Source: Dicyema japonicum
Lineage: Eukaryota; Animalia; Dicyemida
Length of the DNA stretch: 64,000 bases
Direction of reading: 5' to 3'
Assembly (NCBI GenBank): GCA_011109175.1
Contig: RDEW01000022.1
Coordinates: 880,023-944,022, forward strand
The position numbers were made by a program, and so were the translations under genes. Below, one piece after another: positions 12,068 through 24,350 of this stretch (position 1 is the first letter of the stretch; every line of letters begins with the position of its first letter). The notes beneath the pieces are model-generated. The model was not told where the DNA came from and did no database searches. It was given only the letters and a program-made list of their open reading frames with translations.

Positions 12068-14959
12068 TCTTCTTGTTTCCGGAGAGAAATTAGACATCTA
12101 TTCGGTAAGGTGGATCCAATGACGCTATCCGAGGGAAGGAAAATATTTTTTTCCAACAATCCACATAGTACCACCTGGCGCCACGCGGCCAGACCATTAT
12201 AGGTATGGAGTGTTCTGTTAAGGTATGGTGTGTTTGATCCGTTTAGGAATCTTCCAAAAAGAGTTGTATGACATATTGTAGTTTAGGAATCTAATTATAT
12301 TGGTCCATTTTGGATTATATTGTAGTATTCGCCGTGAATTGAAGATGTTCTTTATAGTCATAGTCCCATATTGTTTGATCATATTCTTATTGCTTATGAA
12401 ATAAGCGTGTGTGAGCAAAGCGTGAATTGATGAATTGAGATAATGTTCAAGTTAATCTCCATAAATCTGAGGAAACCTGTCAACCTAGTAAATTCGATTC
12501 ATTCGTTTTTCGAATTGAATTATTCTATCCTAGAGAAGAGCACAGCAGTGACATTCATTTGGCTAACCAAAATATTTTTTTAAATTTAGGATTAAATTTA
12601 AATTAAATTTAAATTAAATTTATTGAACCAAAACCACCGTTATATCTAAAATAAACAAAATTTCAGGTGATCCCAGCCTCTCTCAACAGTCTGTGCATCT
12701 TTTCTCAGTGTCCCGACTGCGTTTAGCGCATTCTTTTGACATGACAAGTATCCATAGGAAAAGTGCCCGGATGTGTAGGAAGAGCCATTTTCAAATTAAA
12801 AATATATTCATTTAAATTATAATAATTTTGAATTAATTAACAAAAATAATATCCCCGAAAAAAAACATATCTTGGGTCTTGCTTTTTCCAGTGGCACAAA
12901 CGGGTCCTTTGTTAATATAACCTTCTTTGGTTATGTGAAGACTGCTTTTAAATAATAATTAATAATTTACTTGGAGAAAGACAAGATATTGCCAGAAGGA
13001 AGGCACTCGGTTGGGAAACGATGGATAAGATGAAGAAAGAGTGGATTGGCAAATAACCATCCTGCACATCACTTCGTTTGAGACTGCATAAAGCCTTCGC
13101 CAAGCCGATCCTAATTTACAATTCATCCATCATGTAGAAATCCAAAACCGAACATCTTAGACTAGACTCTTCACCAAGAGAACTTAGATCCATACTAGGA
13201 CTGAACTGGCCAGCAAGAATAAATAAGAAATCACGATTTAAGAGATGTGGTAAGGGTCCACTGAGTCTCGAAATTGTTGATATGCGAAGGAGGCTAATTG
13301 GACATATTTTACGAATGGATTTGGGCGCTCCAGCAAACATGGCAATGGAGGATACTTCATTAGACAGAGACCATGTGTCAGTGGACGCCTGCGTATTACA
13401 CTACCAGAAACACTTGATGGAGATCTAAAGCTTGTGAACAAAAATCTAAAAAGTGGAGACGATTTGGAAGAACTGTCTTACGATCGAGGTAGATGGAAGA
13501 AGTTGGTTCGGAGGATTGTTTTGAAAACTGCACAAGTGAAATTACAACNTTACGAATGGATTTGAGCGTTCCAGCAAACATGGCAATTGATGATATTTCA
13601 TTAGACAGAGACCATTTGTCAGTGGACGCCGGCGTATTACACTACCGAAACACTTGATGGAGATCTAAAGCTTGTGAACAAAAATCTAAAAAGTGGAGAC
13701 GATTTGGAAGAACTGTCTTACGATCGAGGTAGATGGAAGAAGTTGGTTCGGAGGATTGTTTTGAAAACTGCACAAGTGAAATTACAACTACTGCTTAAAA
13801 AATAAAACCGATCACGTTAGTTTAAATAAGAGTATTAAACTCCGCAAATGCCAAGTAAATTGTTCCTGTTCCTAATGGCACTGCAGTCTGGATTAACATG
13901 ATTAATTACCTGCTCTACATGTAGGCCTGCTGTATTGTCTAATTAAATTACCGTATTTGCCGGTGTATAAGTCGACCTCCTACTATTTACTTTGTAACCC
14001 TGCGATATTACGCGCCGAGAAAGACTAACAACAATGAATATTCTTAGAAAGTGATTTATTTTTAGTAATGAAACAATGAATTAAAATTATAAAGTGCGTA
14101 CATAGAGTTCAAAATCCGTCTTTATCGTCATTATTTCATTTGTCAAATTGTTTTTTTTTCTCATCTGATTTCGATTGTCGTAGCACAATGTAATTTCTCT
14201 TTAAAAATCGTGAACACCAACTTATAGTTCCTTTGATATCGGTAATCATGCTTTGTTTGGCACAAGCCAAAGCTTGCAGACGAATCATATTTCGTGTGAC
14301 GACGAACTCACACTTTCGTTGCTCCTCGACCAATCATACAAGTTCTTGTTCATGTGCTGGCTACTGGCAGTTTATTTTTCTATTAGCACATTTGTTTCTT
14401 GGCATCATTACTAGCTGTGTTTGTTGTGTTCCAACCTCTTACTAGTTTCTCAATTACGCCAAACTTTCTTGAGGCAGCACAGTTGTTAGTTTTTTCGGCA
14501 AAGTTTAGAACTTGCAGTTTGAACTTCGCAGATAATTTCATTCGTTTAGACATAGGTAAGTATAATAATTGAATTTGTACGTAGTTATCATTTTATACCA
14601 TTCATTCTATGATTAGATTGATCTTTGCAAGAATTTATTTGTGAAGAGTGTAGTAATTACCATCACATTTTATTCGATGAATACGAAGTTGAATTTCATG
14701 ACTCGGTGTATAAGTCGACTTTTTAGGTCGATTTTTGATCAAAAAAGGTCGACTTATGCACCGGAAAATACGGTACTTTCAAACATAAACAAGATTTGAG
14801 ACGTAAAGAATGATCATAGTGCTACATGTCCATAATAAATTTGATGTCATACGCCATTGATATTCGAATGAATTTAACGGGGGGAATTGCATTGTCTCAA
14901 ATGCCTGTTAATTTAAGAATGTAATTAACATCTGTAAATGGTAGAGGGAAAGTATACTA
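12068..14959. repeat. Right arm of the inverted duplication, including a longer pogo element copy at 13951-14773
   Basis: Reverse complement of 3365-5822, plus about 160 bp extra at 14549-14710 and an N-flanked duplicate at 13549. Confidence 0.95.
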
Positions 14960-15329
14960 GTTTACAGTTATTGTGCTTTCATCATTCAAACAGCGACTTT
15001 GAATAATTAAAATTTAATACAACTTATGTACATTGATTCCCATAAACAAAAATTAAGATTATGATCAAATTTAATGTTTTGAACTTCCAATGAAGATATT
15101 GTAGATTTAGAGTATACGCAATGCTAGAAAATTGACATTCTTTCCAAATTCTTAATAATTGTAGTAACTCGAACAAGTCTGACCTACTATTACTTGGTCG
15201 TTGCAAAGTGTCTGTTTTGTCAGAATTTAGAATGAAAAGATGAAGATAAGAGATTCGAACATCTTCAAGATTAAATACCTCAATAATGAATATACGAGCA
15301 CTTATTATTAACTGGGACGTCGCGACTAA

Positions 15330-15850
15330 CTGGGATATGTGTTGATAACTTAATGCTTTTCACGTAAATCCACTAAGGAATATAATAGGGATGGACTTAA
15401 ATTCACGGATGTCACCCTTTCTGTATCTTCTCTCTGCGAAGAGGATTTTATTCTGGAACAGATTTCTATTGAAGTTCCCTTTTCTTCGACGATATGTTTT
15501 ACACTATGTAATGTCTATATCCCGTCTCAGGAGTCATGTACTACTTCCTACATTCCCAAGCTATTTAGCCTGGGTGGACTAAAAGATCTGTTACTATGCG
15601 GAGACCGAACGCCAAACATCCACTATGGCTCTGGACTCAATCAGTCCACAGTCGCGGCAAATACATCCTTTCCCTGCTCAATGATCTGACTATCCTTAGT
15701 GATCCGGATACCCACACAAGGAACCCGTATTGCAGAAAGGACAGTCCAACATCCCAAACCTATGCCTCTGCTCTCCCCATATGGCTGGATATATTTCATG
15801 GAATGTTCGTTATGGTTTTTCAAGCGACAAAAAGCCAATTGTGTTGAGAC
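15330..15850 (+). mobile_element. Degenerate APE endonuclease fragment of a Jockey/I-like LINE
   Basis: CNVYIPS and CGD.NAKHPLW-like motifs across frameshifts. Confidence 0.55.
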
Positions 15851-17450
15851 TTAGAATGCCTATTTTTTCAGCGTGTTGTTCTACAAAGTTCAAAAATAAC
15901 TTTATCAATTCAAAAGTCGGTAAATAGGGTGAGAAAATCACAAGCATCATCATCACCTGAGAAATAACTAATTCCCAATTGTGTTTTGAGTTAGAAGGCC
16001 TATTTTTTCACCGTGTTGTTCTACAAAGTTCAAAAATAACCTTATCAATTCAAAAGTCGGTAAATTGGGTGAGTAAATCAGAAGCATCATCATCACCTGA
16101 GAAATAACTCATTCCCACAATACCATGGTCATAAAAAAATATGTTTTGCCCGAGAGGATAACAAAAAATTTATCTTCCTCTACTTGCTCATATCGTAAGA
16201 AATTTCCACTAGTCTATCAGATTTGCTTTCTCCTGGGCGTGTTCCAATCTTTCGGAAATCTTCACCATTACCAAAAAATATCATAAAAGTGATAAATCTG
16301 TTAGAACGAATTGTTTCTTCGATGAACGATTCAATAAAACCTGATTTTTCCGTTGGAAGCGGTCCCAATCAGATCTTCACTAATACCGTAATACACCTGC
16401 CTCAGTTATGAAAATAGTCGGTCTCTACCAAGTGATTATAATTATGTTCTGCGTAATTAATTGTGACTTTAAAACCTATCTCTATTGTTTTTAGCACAAA
16501 TTCCTGTTCTTCTTATCAAAAAACCGCAGTCTTTTATTAAAGTTCAAAATATAGGTTTTTTCCTGGTTGAAGATAAATTTTTTGAGAGCTTCGTTATATG
16601 AAATTTGTCATGTGGACTAATGTTTCCTCCTATGTAAGGATTATTGGTTATTTCATAAATTTCCTCAATTTTTCTTGAGTTAATCGCATTAAACGCATTT
16701 GATCACGTTTTTTTTACTTTTAATTAATTAATTATTTATATTGATTAAATATTAAATTTTATATATATTTTTTTATGAAATTTCATTTTTTTAATTTAAT
16801 TTGCAAACATCAATTGATTTATTATCGCAATAATTAATAGGGCTGTGACATTATCTGCCTTTATTTGATGAAACCGTCATTTAATCCAGGGGTTCTTTTT
16901 TTACTTATTTTCCAATTTTTTAGAGTTTTTAGTTGAGTTATTATTATTATTATTCACAGGATTACTGGGTCAAAGAGAAAGAAATAAAAGTTCTTATCTA
17001 ACTAACTGATACCAGACCGACAAAGGTGAGGACGAGTCGGCGGGGTCGAGAATCCTGAACAGCTCTTCTCATTCTTGAGAGCTCATTTAAAATTCTCATT
17101 TTTTCAGAGCAGAAGTTAGTCTCCGGTACGAGAGCCAAAAACACTTAGAGACCAAACTGGTGCCCTTAGTCACGAATTACAAACAATTTATCCTACCAAC
17201 AATAACGTATGCAAGTCCTTCATGGGCAATTCAAATGTCACGATCTTTCTCGATGATATTATCTGAAATCGAGGAGACTGCATAGAGTTAATTGGATCAG
17301 AACACAAAATCCAGCCAATTGAAAACTTTTTAATCTAACTACAACGGAAACTATTAAAAGTGGCTATTCTACCGAGCTGCACTCTATTCCAAATACTATC
17401 GAATTATCTACAATCATTAGATGAATGACCATGGGTAGGGTCATCTAGCA

Positions 17451-18154
17451 CAGCGGTTCTCAACCTTGGGTCGATTCGACCCCCAGGGGTCTAAAATCAA
17501 TCCAGATCGATCGTAAGGGGGTCGAAAATGAAATACTTGGGGGTCGAAAATAAATTTAAATATTTAATTTTTTTCATTTTAAATTAAGTTAGTTTATTTT
17601 TAAAGTGGTAAACTTTCGTTCTTTAAAATTTTTAAAATTACCATGCTTGTTTTTGTTCGTGTATGAGTGTCCTTCTACATTAAAAATTCGTCAATATAAA
17701 AATGAATATTTGGCATTTTGATTTATAAAAAGTTCTTTTGATAATAGACCATATTGCATACTGTGTAATAAGTCGTCATCAAATGATACAATGAAACTGT
17801 CCAAACTGTTGGATCATTTTAGGAGAAAACAAAAAAGATTAACCACTAGAGTATTTTGAAGAATTGAAGGATTCTTTTCTTAAACAAAAAACGATTGACA
17901 CTGTTTCTAAAATAGTAATGAAAGAAACATTAGTTGTTGTTATTTTTTTAATTATATTTAGGTGGACTAATTGCATTTTATAAAATTGCAATGATTTTTG
18001 ACAAAAATGAGAGTTCCCATGTTTCTGGTGAAAATCTCATCAAACCATCTATATTAGTGATTCTATCAGATCTGATGGGTTTAAATTCCGACGAAATTTT
18101 AAAGTCCATACCAATTAGCAATGATTCAATTCGCCGTAGGATTGACGAAATGTC
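17451..18154 (+). mobile_element. hAT (Buster/SPIN-type) transposon 5' part
   Basis: Terminus CAGCGGTTCTCAACCT preceded by atcTAgca; BED-finger-like YCILC..MKLSKLLDHF; GENLIKP..LKSIPISNDSIRRRIDEM as in ZBED5/SCAND3-type transposases. Confidence 0.85.
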
Positions 18155-20036
18155 NGTTCCAATCTTTCGGAGGTCTTCACCATCACCAAAAAATATCAAT
18201 AAAAGTGATAAATCTGTTAGAACGAAATGTTTCTTCGATGAACGATTCAATAAAAACTGGATTTTTCCGTTGGAAGCGTGGCACGTAGGTTGTATATCAA
18301 ATCACCTAGCAGGTTGAACGAGGCATCACATTAAGTTATAATTAGAGCAACCGAAAGTTGCACGTTAATTGAAAAAATAAGCTTAAAAAGTAACTTGATT
18401 TAAAAATTTAAATTGTTGACCTTAAAAAAGTCATTTTCTGGTAGGAAATTTCTTATTGCAAACGTGACACTATGAGCACTAGGAAATGCGAAGACCGGTG
18501 AAGAAGGCCGAGATGGAATTTTTCCATTCTGACTATGACGTTGTTTTTAGTTAATAAATGTAAATTTAAAAATTAGTCGTTAAAATTAAAACAAATTATC
18601 ATAATTTTTCAACTATTGGTGTTGTGTAGAAATCTTGTCTTTTGTGAGGATACTTAACTTTGACGTAAATTCCCAGTAAAGTCACAAAAACTCCAGAAAT
18701 AGTAAGACCATAAATCAATGGTTCATAATCATGGTTGGAAGGCCTAGTTCTCGTAATTTTTTGTATTCCTACTCCGTTGCAATCAATCGCTTATCAATAA
18801 ATATAAAATTAAACCATTTCCAGTAAATTTTTTGATTTTGTCGTTTCTAAAAAATTGAACTCTAAAATTCGATATATTCAAGGATGATTTCTCTTTGCAA
18901 ATTGTGAATAGTTTACATTGATAATATTCACCTACATGATGAGTAATGTTATCCGACTTTATTATGAATGTGGACGTATCTAAATTAAACACAATGATTT
19001 ACTCTGAATTGAGAAATACATCTGATATACCTGAACCTCATCTTGAATGCGTTTAAAAATTTATTTTTGAATTCAAATTATTTAGCTAATTTGATAGTTT
19101 AGTGGTTGACACCTCTCTAGTAATCTCTGTCTTTATTGTACTCTCAGTCTGCATATACTACCACGTTTACAATTGCAACTTTCAACGTCACAAGAATCTC
19201 ATCGATCAGTAAACAGGAGACCTTATGCATGGATTCTTCGATGAGGAAAGTTACATGGAGAGAACTGGTAGAACGGATAATGAAGAGAACTGCATAAACT
19301 GGACCTCAACCGATGGTGTGTAAGGTTAACCAATTAAATCTGAGAATCTCTCAGGTATTGACTACGTTAAATTTTACTCTCTTCAATGGGTTCCGAATTT
19401 TTTTCAAAGTTTCGATCATCTTTGTGGAAGATCCTGGGTGACTACTGTTAGAAGATGTCATCAACACAGGTGGCGTTCAAACCAAGATGCTTCAAGTTTT
19501 TCTGGGCAAATTGTCATTACGTGAGATATATCGTTCTTGATCGAGTTCATGAAATTCCTGTTACACAAAATATCCAGAGGTTCAAAGTTATCATTCAATA
19601 AGTTCGTTTACCTTCCAATCGCTCACGCTCTTCCTAAAGCTCCGTCGTAGTATAAAACTTGAAAGCTTTTTACGTCAAACGTCTTCCAGAATTTGCGCCA
19701 TTGATTTATGCAAACGTCTGCTCAAAACTGAAAGAGTTCGATATTTTTTGAGTCATCGTCATGAAATGTCTCGATTTAAAGTTAATGAATTTAATTTTTT
19801 AGATCAAAATTTCCAATTTATAAAGTCAAAAAAATCTCTCTAGTCATGACATATATGATGAATAGCTATTAATTCCCTATTGAGTATTAAACACTGATTT
19901 TTTCCATCAGTAATAATCTAGGAACAAAAGTAACTGTAACAGTCTCACTTGATCATAAAAGTCTGTGATTGTATTCTGTTGCAAGTACGATAATCACTAC
20001 CAAACAAATTATATGATAGGTGCTCGAAAGAGAGAG

Positions 20037-20828
20037 GTGCTCCAGCCAACATGGAGGATTTCTTCATTAGACAGAGATCATGTTTCCGTGTACGCCGGCG
20101 TATTACACTAAACACTTGATGGAGATCTAAAGCTTGTGAACAAAAGTCTAAGAAGTGGAGACGATTTAGACGAACTGTCTTACGATCGAGGAGGTTGGAA
20201 GAAGTTGGTTTGGAGGATTGTTTCGAGTACTGCACAGTGAAATTATAACTATTTTGATTTTACGTATGCTACTTATAATAATAATAATAAAACAGATCAC
20301 GTTAGTTTAAATACGAGTATCAAAATCCGCAAATGCCAAGTACATTGTTTCTGTCCCTAATGACACTGCAGTATAAAATAACATTATTAGTCACATGCTC
20401 TACATGTAGGCCTGCTGTATTGTCTAAATATATTACTTTCGAACATTTACAAGATTTTATTTCTGAGACGTAAAGAATAATCATGCAGTGCTACATGTCT
20501 ATACTAAATAAGATATCATACGCCTTTGAAATTCGAATGGATCAATAAGGTGAATTGCATTGTCTCAAATGCTTGTTAATTTAAAAATGTGATAAAAATC
20601 CGTAAATGGTAGAGAAAAAATATGGGAGTTTACAGTTATTGTGCTTTCATCATTCAAACAGCGACTATGAATAATTAATATTTACTACAATTGATATACA
20701 TGATTCCCATAGTACAAAAATTGAGATCATGATCAAATTTAGTGTTTTGAAGTCGCTGTAAGATATTTAGAATCAAGTATACGCCAATGCTAGAAAATTA
20801 ACATTCATTCCAAATTCGTAATAATTGT
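20037..20828 (+). repeat. Third, more diverged copy of part of the duplicated block, lacking the pogo element (empty TA site at about 20434)
   Basis: Matches 13326-13950 joined directly to 14774-15162. Confidence 0.8.
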
Positions 20829-21940
20829 GATCGGTTGACAACGATTTCAGGTTGAGTGCGATCCGTAAAATCGATCAAAATCGATATTGCCGTTACTAAG
20901 TCGTTGCGACGCAAAACCGCAAAAATATATTAGTTAGCTAAGTAAGAAATTAAAATTTTCTAATTAATTATTCTCAGAATTCATTAATTTAGATTTAAAT
21001 TTTTTTTATAAATTTAAATTATATAGAAAATTTTAATTTTTTAGAATGGTTTACTTCTAATGAAATAAAAGAAAAAACCACTACGTTATATTGGTTTTGT
21101 TGTTGGTATGCATCTATTTCTTTTGACGCTGGAGAGAAACAATGATATTATTGCTTTTATCAAAGATGGTGTGTTACCTGATGGAAAGATACAGAATATT
21201 TCGAATTTTAAAAATACGGCATCATCATTTCGATTGTCTGATTCGAAGTCAGATATTTTATACTTTAAAACATCCGGAATTCTATTGCGTACATTTGCTG
21301 CAGAAGAAGTAGAGCAAAGGAAACTTTTTATTGAAAATATACACCTAAAAATTGACAGCCTGGTCGAGATAGACTGCTTTTTCTTCTGAAAGATCATGTT
21401 TATGAATCGTGCAGAAGTGAAGTCATGTTTGTAATTAAATCCTATCCCCAATGTCAAGCAAGACAGCTCATAAATACCAGACCAGCGATAACACCTATCA
21501 GAGCGTATTCAGTCAGAGAAAGGTGAATTAATTTATTATTCCTTCAACTCGATACAGACGATGAAGAGAAGAATGTAAGTCAGTTCGCTACTTTTTTGGA
21601 CGGAAAATAAAGCTAAAAGGAGAAAGGTTCAATAAATTGAATTTAAGGTTGTCGTGTTTTCAATCTAGCAGAGGATAAGATGTTAAGAAAGAAAATGTGG
21701 AAAAACGATACAAAGGTTTTCAAAATTGAAGACAGGGTTGTTAGAAGAGTACGCACTAACACAAATATAAAAACTCGTAGAGGTGCTCTGAATGAGCATA
21801 TGGACATTAATATTTATTACGTTAAAAAAATATCTCCCACTGGGATGATAATATGTGAATGCGAAGATGGAACTATTTTTAAAGAAAATAGCAGAGACTT
21901 GGTTAATTTAGATACAGAATAAACGATTTTTCGATTAAAA
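20826..21940 (+). mobile_element. Ginger/GIN-like integrase DNA transposon remnant (second copy 21968-23160 after an N join)
   Basis: Starts TGT where homology to 15140-15162 ends; broken H2C2-like zinc domain (H..PGRDRL...PNCQAR..TRPAITPIRA..RER). Confidence 0.6.
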
Positions 21941-22179
21941 TNACATTCATTCCAAATTCGTAATAATTGTGATCGGTTGACTACGATTTCATGTTAAGTA
22001 CGATCCGTAAAATCGATCGAAATCTATATTGTTGTTACTACGCCGTTACTACGTAAAACCACAAAAATATATGAGTTAGCAAAGTAAGAAAGCAGCTGCT
22101 TTGACTGGGAGAACCTAAAAATCAAGATTACTACGCCGTCACTACGTAAAACCACAAAAATATATGAGTTAGCAAAGTA

Positions 22180-22440
22180 AGAAAGCAGCTGCTTTGACTG
22201 GGAGAACCTAAAAATCAAGAAATATTTTTGCCTCGGAGATCGCTACCGATTTACTCCTGTTGCGACCGAATCATCGGGAGCCGTTGGTCCATTGACTGCT
22301 GAGTTCTTGCGAGAACTCAAAGGATTGCTTGCCAGAAAGAAAAGGTATCAACGAGAAGGGTTATGGCTAAGACAAAAGATTGGAATAGCCATACTCCGAG
22401 GGAACTCGTTCGCAATTTACGCAGCAGGCTTTCTCAACTG
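22180..22440 (+). mobile_element. CRE-like LINE 3' fragment (near-identical at 34662-34862 and inverted at 23544-23968)
   Basis: KIKKY.CLGDRYRFTPVATESSGAVGP...QKIGIAILRGNS, typical C-terminus of restriction-like-endonuclease elements. Confidence 0.8.
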
Positions 22441-23224
22441 ACATTTGTTTAATTGTTAAAATTTATTTTGATTAAAAAAAAGTAAGAAATTAAAATTTCT
22501 CAATTATTCTAAGCATTCATTAATTCAAATTTAAATTTTTTTTATAAATTTAAATTATATAAAAAATTTTAATTTTTTAGAGTGGTTTACCTCTAACGAA
22601 ATAAGAGAAAAAACAACTACGTTATATTGGTTTTGTTTTTGGTATGCATCTATTTGTTTTGACGCTCGTGAGAAACAATGATATTATTGCTTTTATCAAA
22701 GATGGTGTTTTACCTGATGGAGAGATACAGAATATTTTGAAATTTAAAAGTATGGCATCATCAGTTCGATTGTCTGATTCGAAGTCAGATATTTTATACT
22801 TTAAAACATCCGGAATTCTATTGCGTACATTTGCTGCAGAAGAAGTAGAGCAAAGGAAACTTTTTATTGAAAATATACACATAAAAAATTGACATCCTGG
22901 TCGAGATAGACTGCACTTTCTTCTGAAAGATCTTGTTTATGGATCATGCAGAAGTGAAGTCATGTATGTAATTAAATCCTATCCCCAATGTCAAGCAAGA
23001 CAGCTTATAAATACCAGACCAGCGATAACACCTATCAGAGCGTATTCAGTCAGAGAAAGGTGAATTAATTTATTATCCCTTTAACTCGATACAGACGATA
23101 AAGAGGAGAAGAATGTAAGTCAGTTCGCTACTTTTTTTGGACGGAAAATGAAGGAGAAAGGTTATATTGATTTAATATTTTTTTATTTTATTTTTTTTTA
23201 AATTTCAATTTTCAAAAAGAGTTC

Positions 23225-23968
23225 AAAATTAAGGCATCTGAATGGCCATGCTATTTCCCCTAACAATAGCCAACGAGATACGTTCTCGGAACCAACCAGT
23301 CTCTCGCGGATCCTTGGTCACAGCTTGAATCATGGAGCCGATCTTACGAACCAACTCATCTGCTTGGGGGCCAAGGATTCCTGACGTTNNNNNNNNNNNN
23401 NNNNNNNNNNNNNNNNNNNNNNNNNNNNNNNNNNNNNNNNNNNNNNNNNNNNNNNNNNNNNNNNNNNNNNNNNNNNNNNNNNNNNNNNNNNNNNNNNNNN
23501 NNNNNNNNNNNNNNNNNNNNNNNNNNNNNNNNNNNNNNNNNNNTGATCCCTTTTCTTTCTGGCAAGCAATCCTCCGAGTTCTTGCAAGAATTCAGCCGTC
23601 ATTGGACCAACGGCTCCTGATGATTCGGTCGCAACAGGAGTAAATCGGTAGCGATCCCCGAGGCAAGAATATTTCTTGATTTTTAGGTTTTCCGCAGTCG
23701 AAGCAGCTGCTCCAGGTGTCTGAATCGATTTAAAAATGTTCGTGCTTGAGACCGTGTCTATGCAAGTTGCGTCCCAGACCAAAGATCTTCCAGACGTGAA
23801 GGGGAAAAGGGTCATCACATCAGGTCTCTTTCCATCTCCTCAATCAAGACCCACTGGTTCAAGCTGTGCTGGGAAGCCTGAAGCTTTCAGAGCTCTGACG
23901 ATCACATCATTCAGAGCAGCATGACGTGGTCCCCTTCCGGCGCTTCTTCTGCAGGACAGCGGGTGCAA
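23225..23968 (-). mobile_element. CRE-like LINE endonuclease fragments spanning an assembly gap
   Basis: [31 protein letters not shown] and RISLAIVRGN motifs. Confidence 0.85.
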
Positions 23969-24039
23969 TAAATTTTGTATATTGTTACACATTTAAAAAA
24001 TGTATTGAAATTAATGAAATCTCACTCAGATATTGTCTC

Positions 24040-24341
24040 CCGGGTGGCATAGTGGTTAAGTGTCGGGTTAAAGTGACTTAGGTTACGGGTTCGAATCTCG
24101 CTGCTGTTCACCTGGTGGAAGGTTCCACGCATCTACGATGCTAAAAAGGTTTGACGAGTGACGCCGTCATCAGTGAACTTTCACTGTGGAACTGGATTGT
24201 CAAAAAAGGACCCACACACAAGAAAAAGAAAATTGAAGTGAAGATCATTCTTTGGTTCTACGATTAGTTAAATTAACTGCTCTTTACTTAAATGAAGTCT
24301 GTCCTGCCTATGTGGAGCTAATACCACGGCACCGTGAATTT
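24040..24341 (+). mobile_element. tRNA-derived SINE with 25-bp target-site duplication
   Basis: A box TGGCATAGTGG, B box GGTTCGAATC; aaatct(c/t)actcagatattgtctccc at 24017-24041 and 24342-24366; second copy at 38545. Confidence 0.9.
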
Positions 24342-24350
24342 AAATCTTAC

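Noticed and set aside
19380-19780. Missing downstream PHKA exons (also checked 6800-7900)
   Set aside because: Frames contain stops and show no recognisable PHKA C-terminal motifs
24150-24190. Hammerhead ribozyme on the SINE antisense strand (CTGATGA plus hairpin)
   Set aside because: No GAAA after stem II and no closing stems could be drawn
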